64,000 nt of DNA from Octopus sinensis (taxonomy: Eukaryota): contig NW_021833026.1 of NCBI RefSeq assembly GCF_006345805.1, positions 434,001 through 498,000 of the forward strand. The letters are read 5' to 3'. The notes beneath the pieces are model-generated. The model did no database searches. It was given only the letters and a program-made list of their open reading frames with translations, and was not told the origin of the DNA. The number at the start of each line of letters is the position of its first letter. Position 1 is the first letter of the stretch. Below, one piece after another: positions 63,382 through 64,000 of this stretch. A program made the translations under genes and the position numbers.

Positions 63382-64000
63382 ATGTTCTCGTTACGTCACG
63401 TGGGTACTCAATTTACAGCCAGTAGACGCACATTCATTGGTTTAAATTATTTAAATAAAATGTCAGATTCTGTAAAGTCAGGATTATGTTCTCCTTGGCA
63501 CGATGTCCCGCTTTATTCGAACGTGTCTACCCCACGTGTCGTGAATATGGTGGTGGAAATCCCCAGATGGACAAATGCAAAAATGGAGGTCAAACCTATC
63601 TCTACTCAATGAAATAGATCGACAAGTCGAGTCCACTAAATCCAATCAAACAAGACACAAAAAACGGGAAATTACGTTTTGTACATAACATTTTTCCCTA
63701 TCATGGATATATCTGGAATTACGGAGCCATTCCTCAAACTTGGGACGACCCGAACGTGTCTCACCCCGACACTGGTTGTGTGGGGGACAACGATCCAGTC
63801 GACATTTGCGAGATTGGAGCACGAGTATTGCCTAACCTCATTTCGAGGTCTTGGAATCGGGACAAGTTTGTTCAGTCAAGGTGTTAGGAGTGCTGTGTCT
63901 GCTTGACCAAGGGGAGACCGACTGGAAGGTTATTGGAATTTGTACTGATGACCCTCTTGCCTCACAGTTGAACGGTTTTTTGTATTTTCTTAAATATTTT
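63382..64000 (+). CDS. PPA1: Soluble inorganic pyrophosphatase, 3' end beyond window
   Basis: [60 protein letters not shown]. Confidence 0.95.

Noticed and set aside
63382-63447. Mitochondrial targeting peptide on the pyrophosphatase
   Set aside because: [18 protein letters not shown] aligns with the mature N-terminal strand of cytosolic PPA1 (FSTEERAAPFSLEYRVFL).

Overview
AT-rich, gene-dense eukaryotic nuclear DNA from a compact animal genome. PBX homeobox, class C GPCR and ELAV point to a metazoan. Genes are split by very short GT-AG introns, mostly 23-29 nt, so several are invisible or fragmented in the ORF track. A reduced parasite such as a myxozoan is the most plausible source, with a dicyemid as an alternative; this is inference, not proof. 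Host genes, left to right: BLTP2/Hobbit (runs off the left edge), a small bZIP-like gene, a SAM-domain gene, U1A/U2B'', tRNA-Thr(AGU), NDUFB11, a class C GPCR, a SETD5/KMT2E-like pseudo-SET gene, CLK (LAMMER kinase), an orphan secreted ORF, a class-2 DYRK, COX14, ELAV-like, NOM1, INSIG, histidine acid phosphatase, SCYL1, PBX and inorganic pyrophosphatase (runs off the right edge). A large share of the window is transposon-derived. This includes an IS630-like DD35E element with TIRs and TA TSD, Tc1 and pogo/Tigger relics, a Ginger-type integrase element with palindromic TIRs, and non-LTR retrotransposons of CRE-like, R4-like, RTE-like and I/Jockey-like type. A ~7.9 kb tandem duplication (46442-54368 / 54368-62288) covers the acid phosphatase, SCYL1 and most of PBX; it may be real or an assembly artefact. 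The most unusual observations are an intact RTE-type APE endonuclease ORF bracketed by two copies of a CRE-like RLE 3' end, frequent stop-free 3n micro-introns, and hidden INSIG and NDUFB11 genes. No rRNA or CRISPR array was seen. Family assignments come from motif recognition by eye against remembered family sequences; no database search was run.
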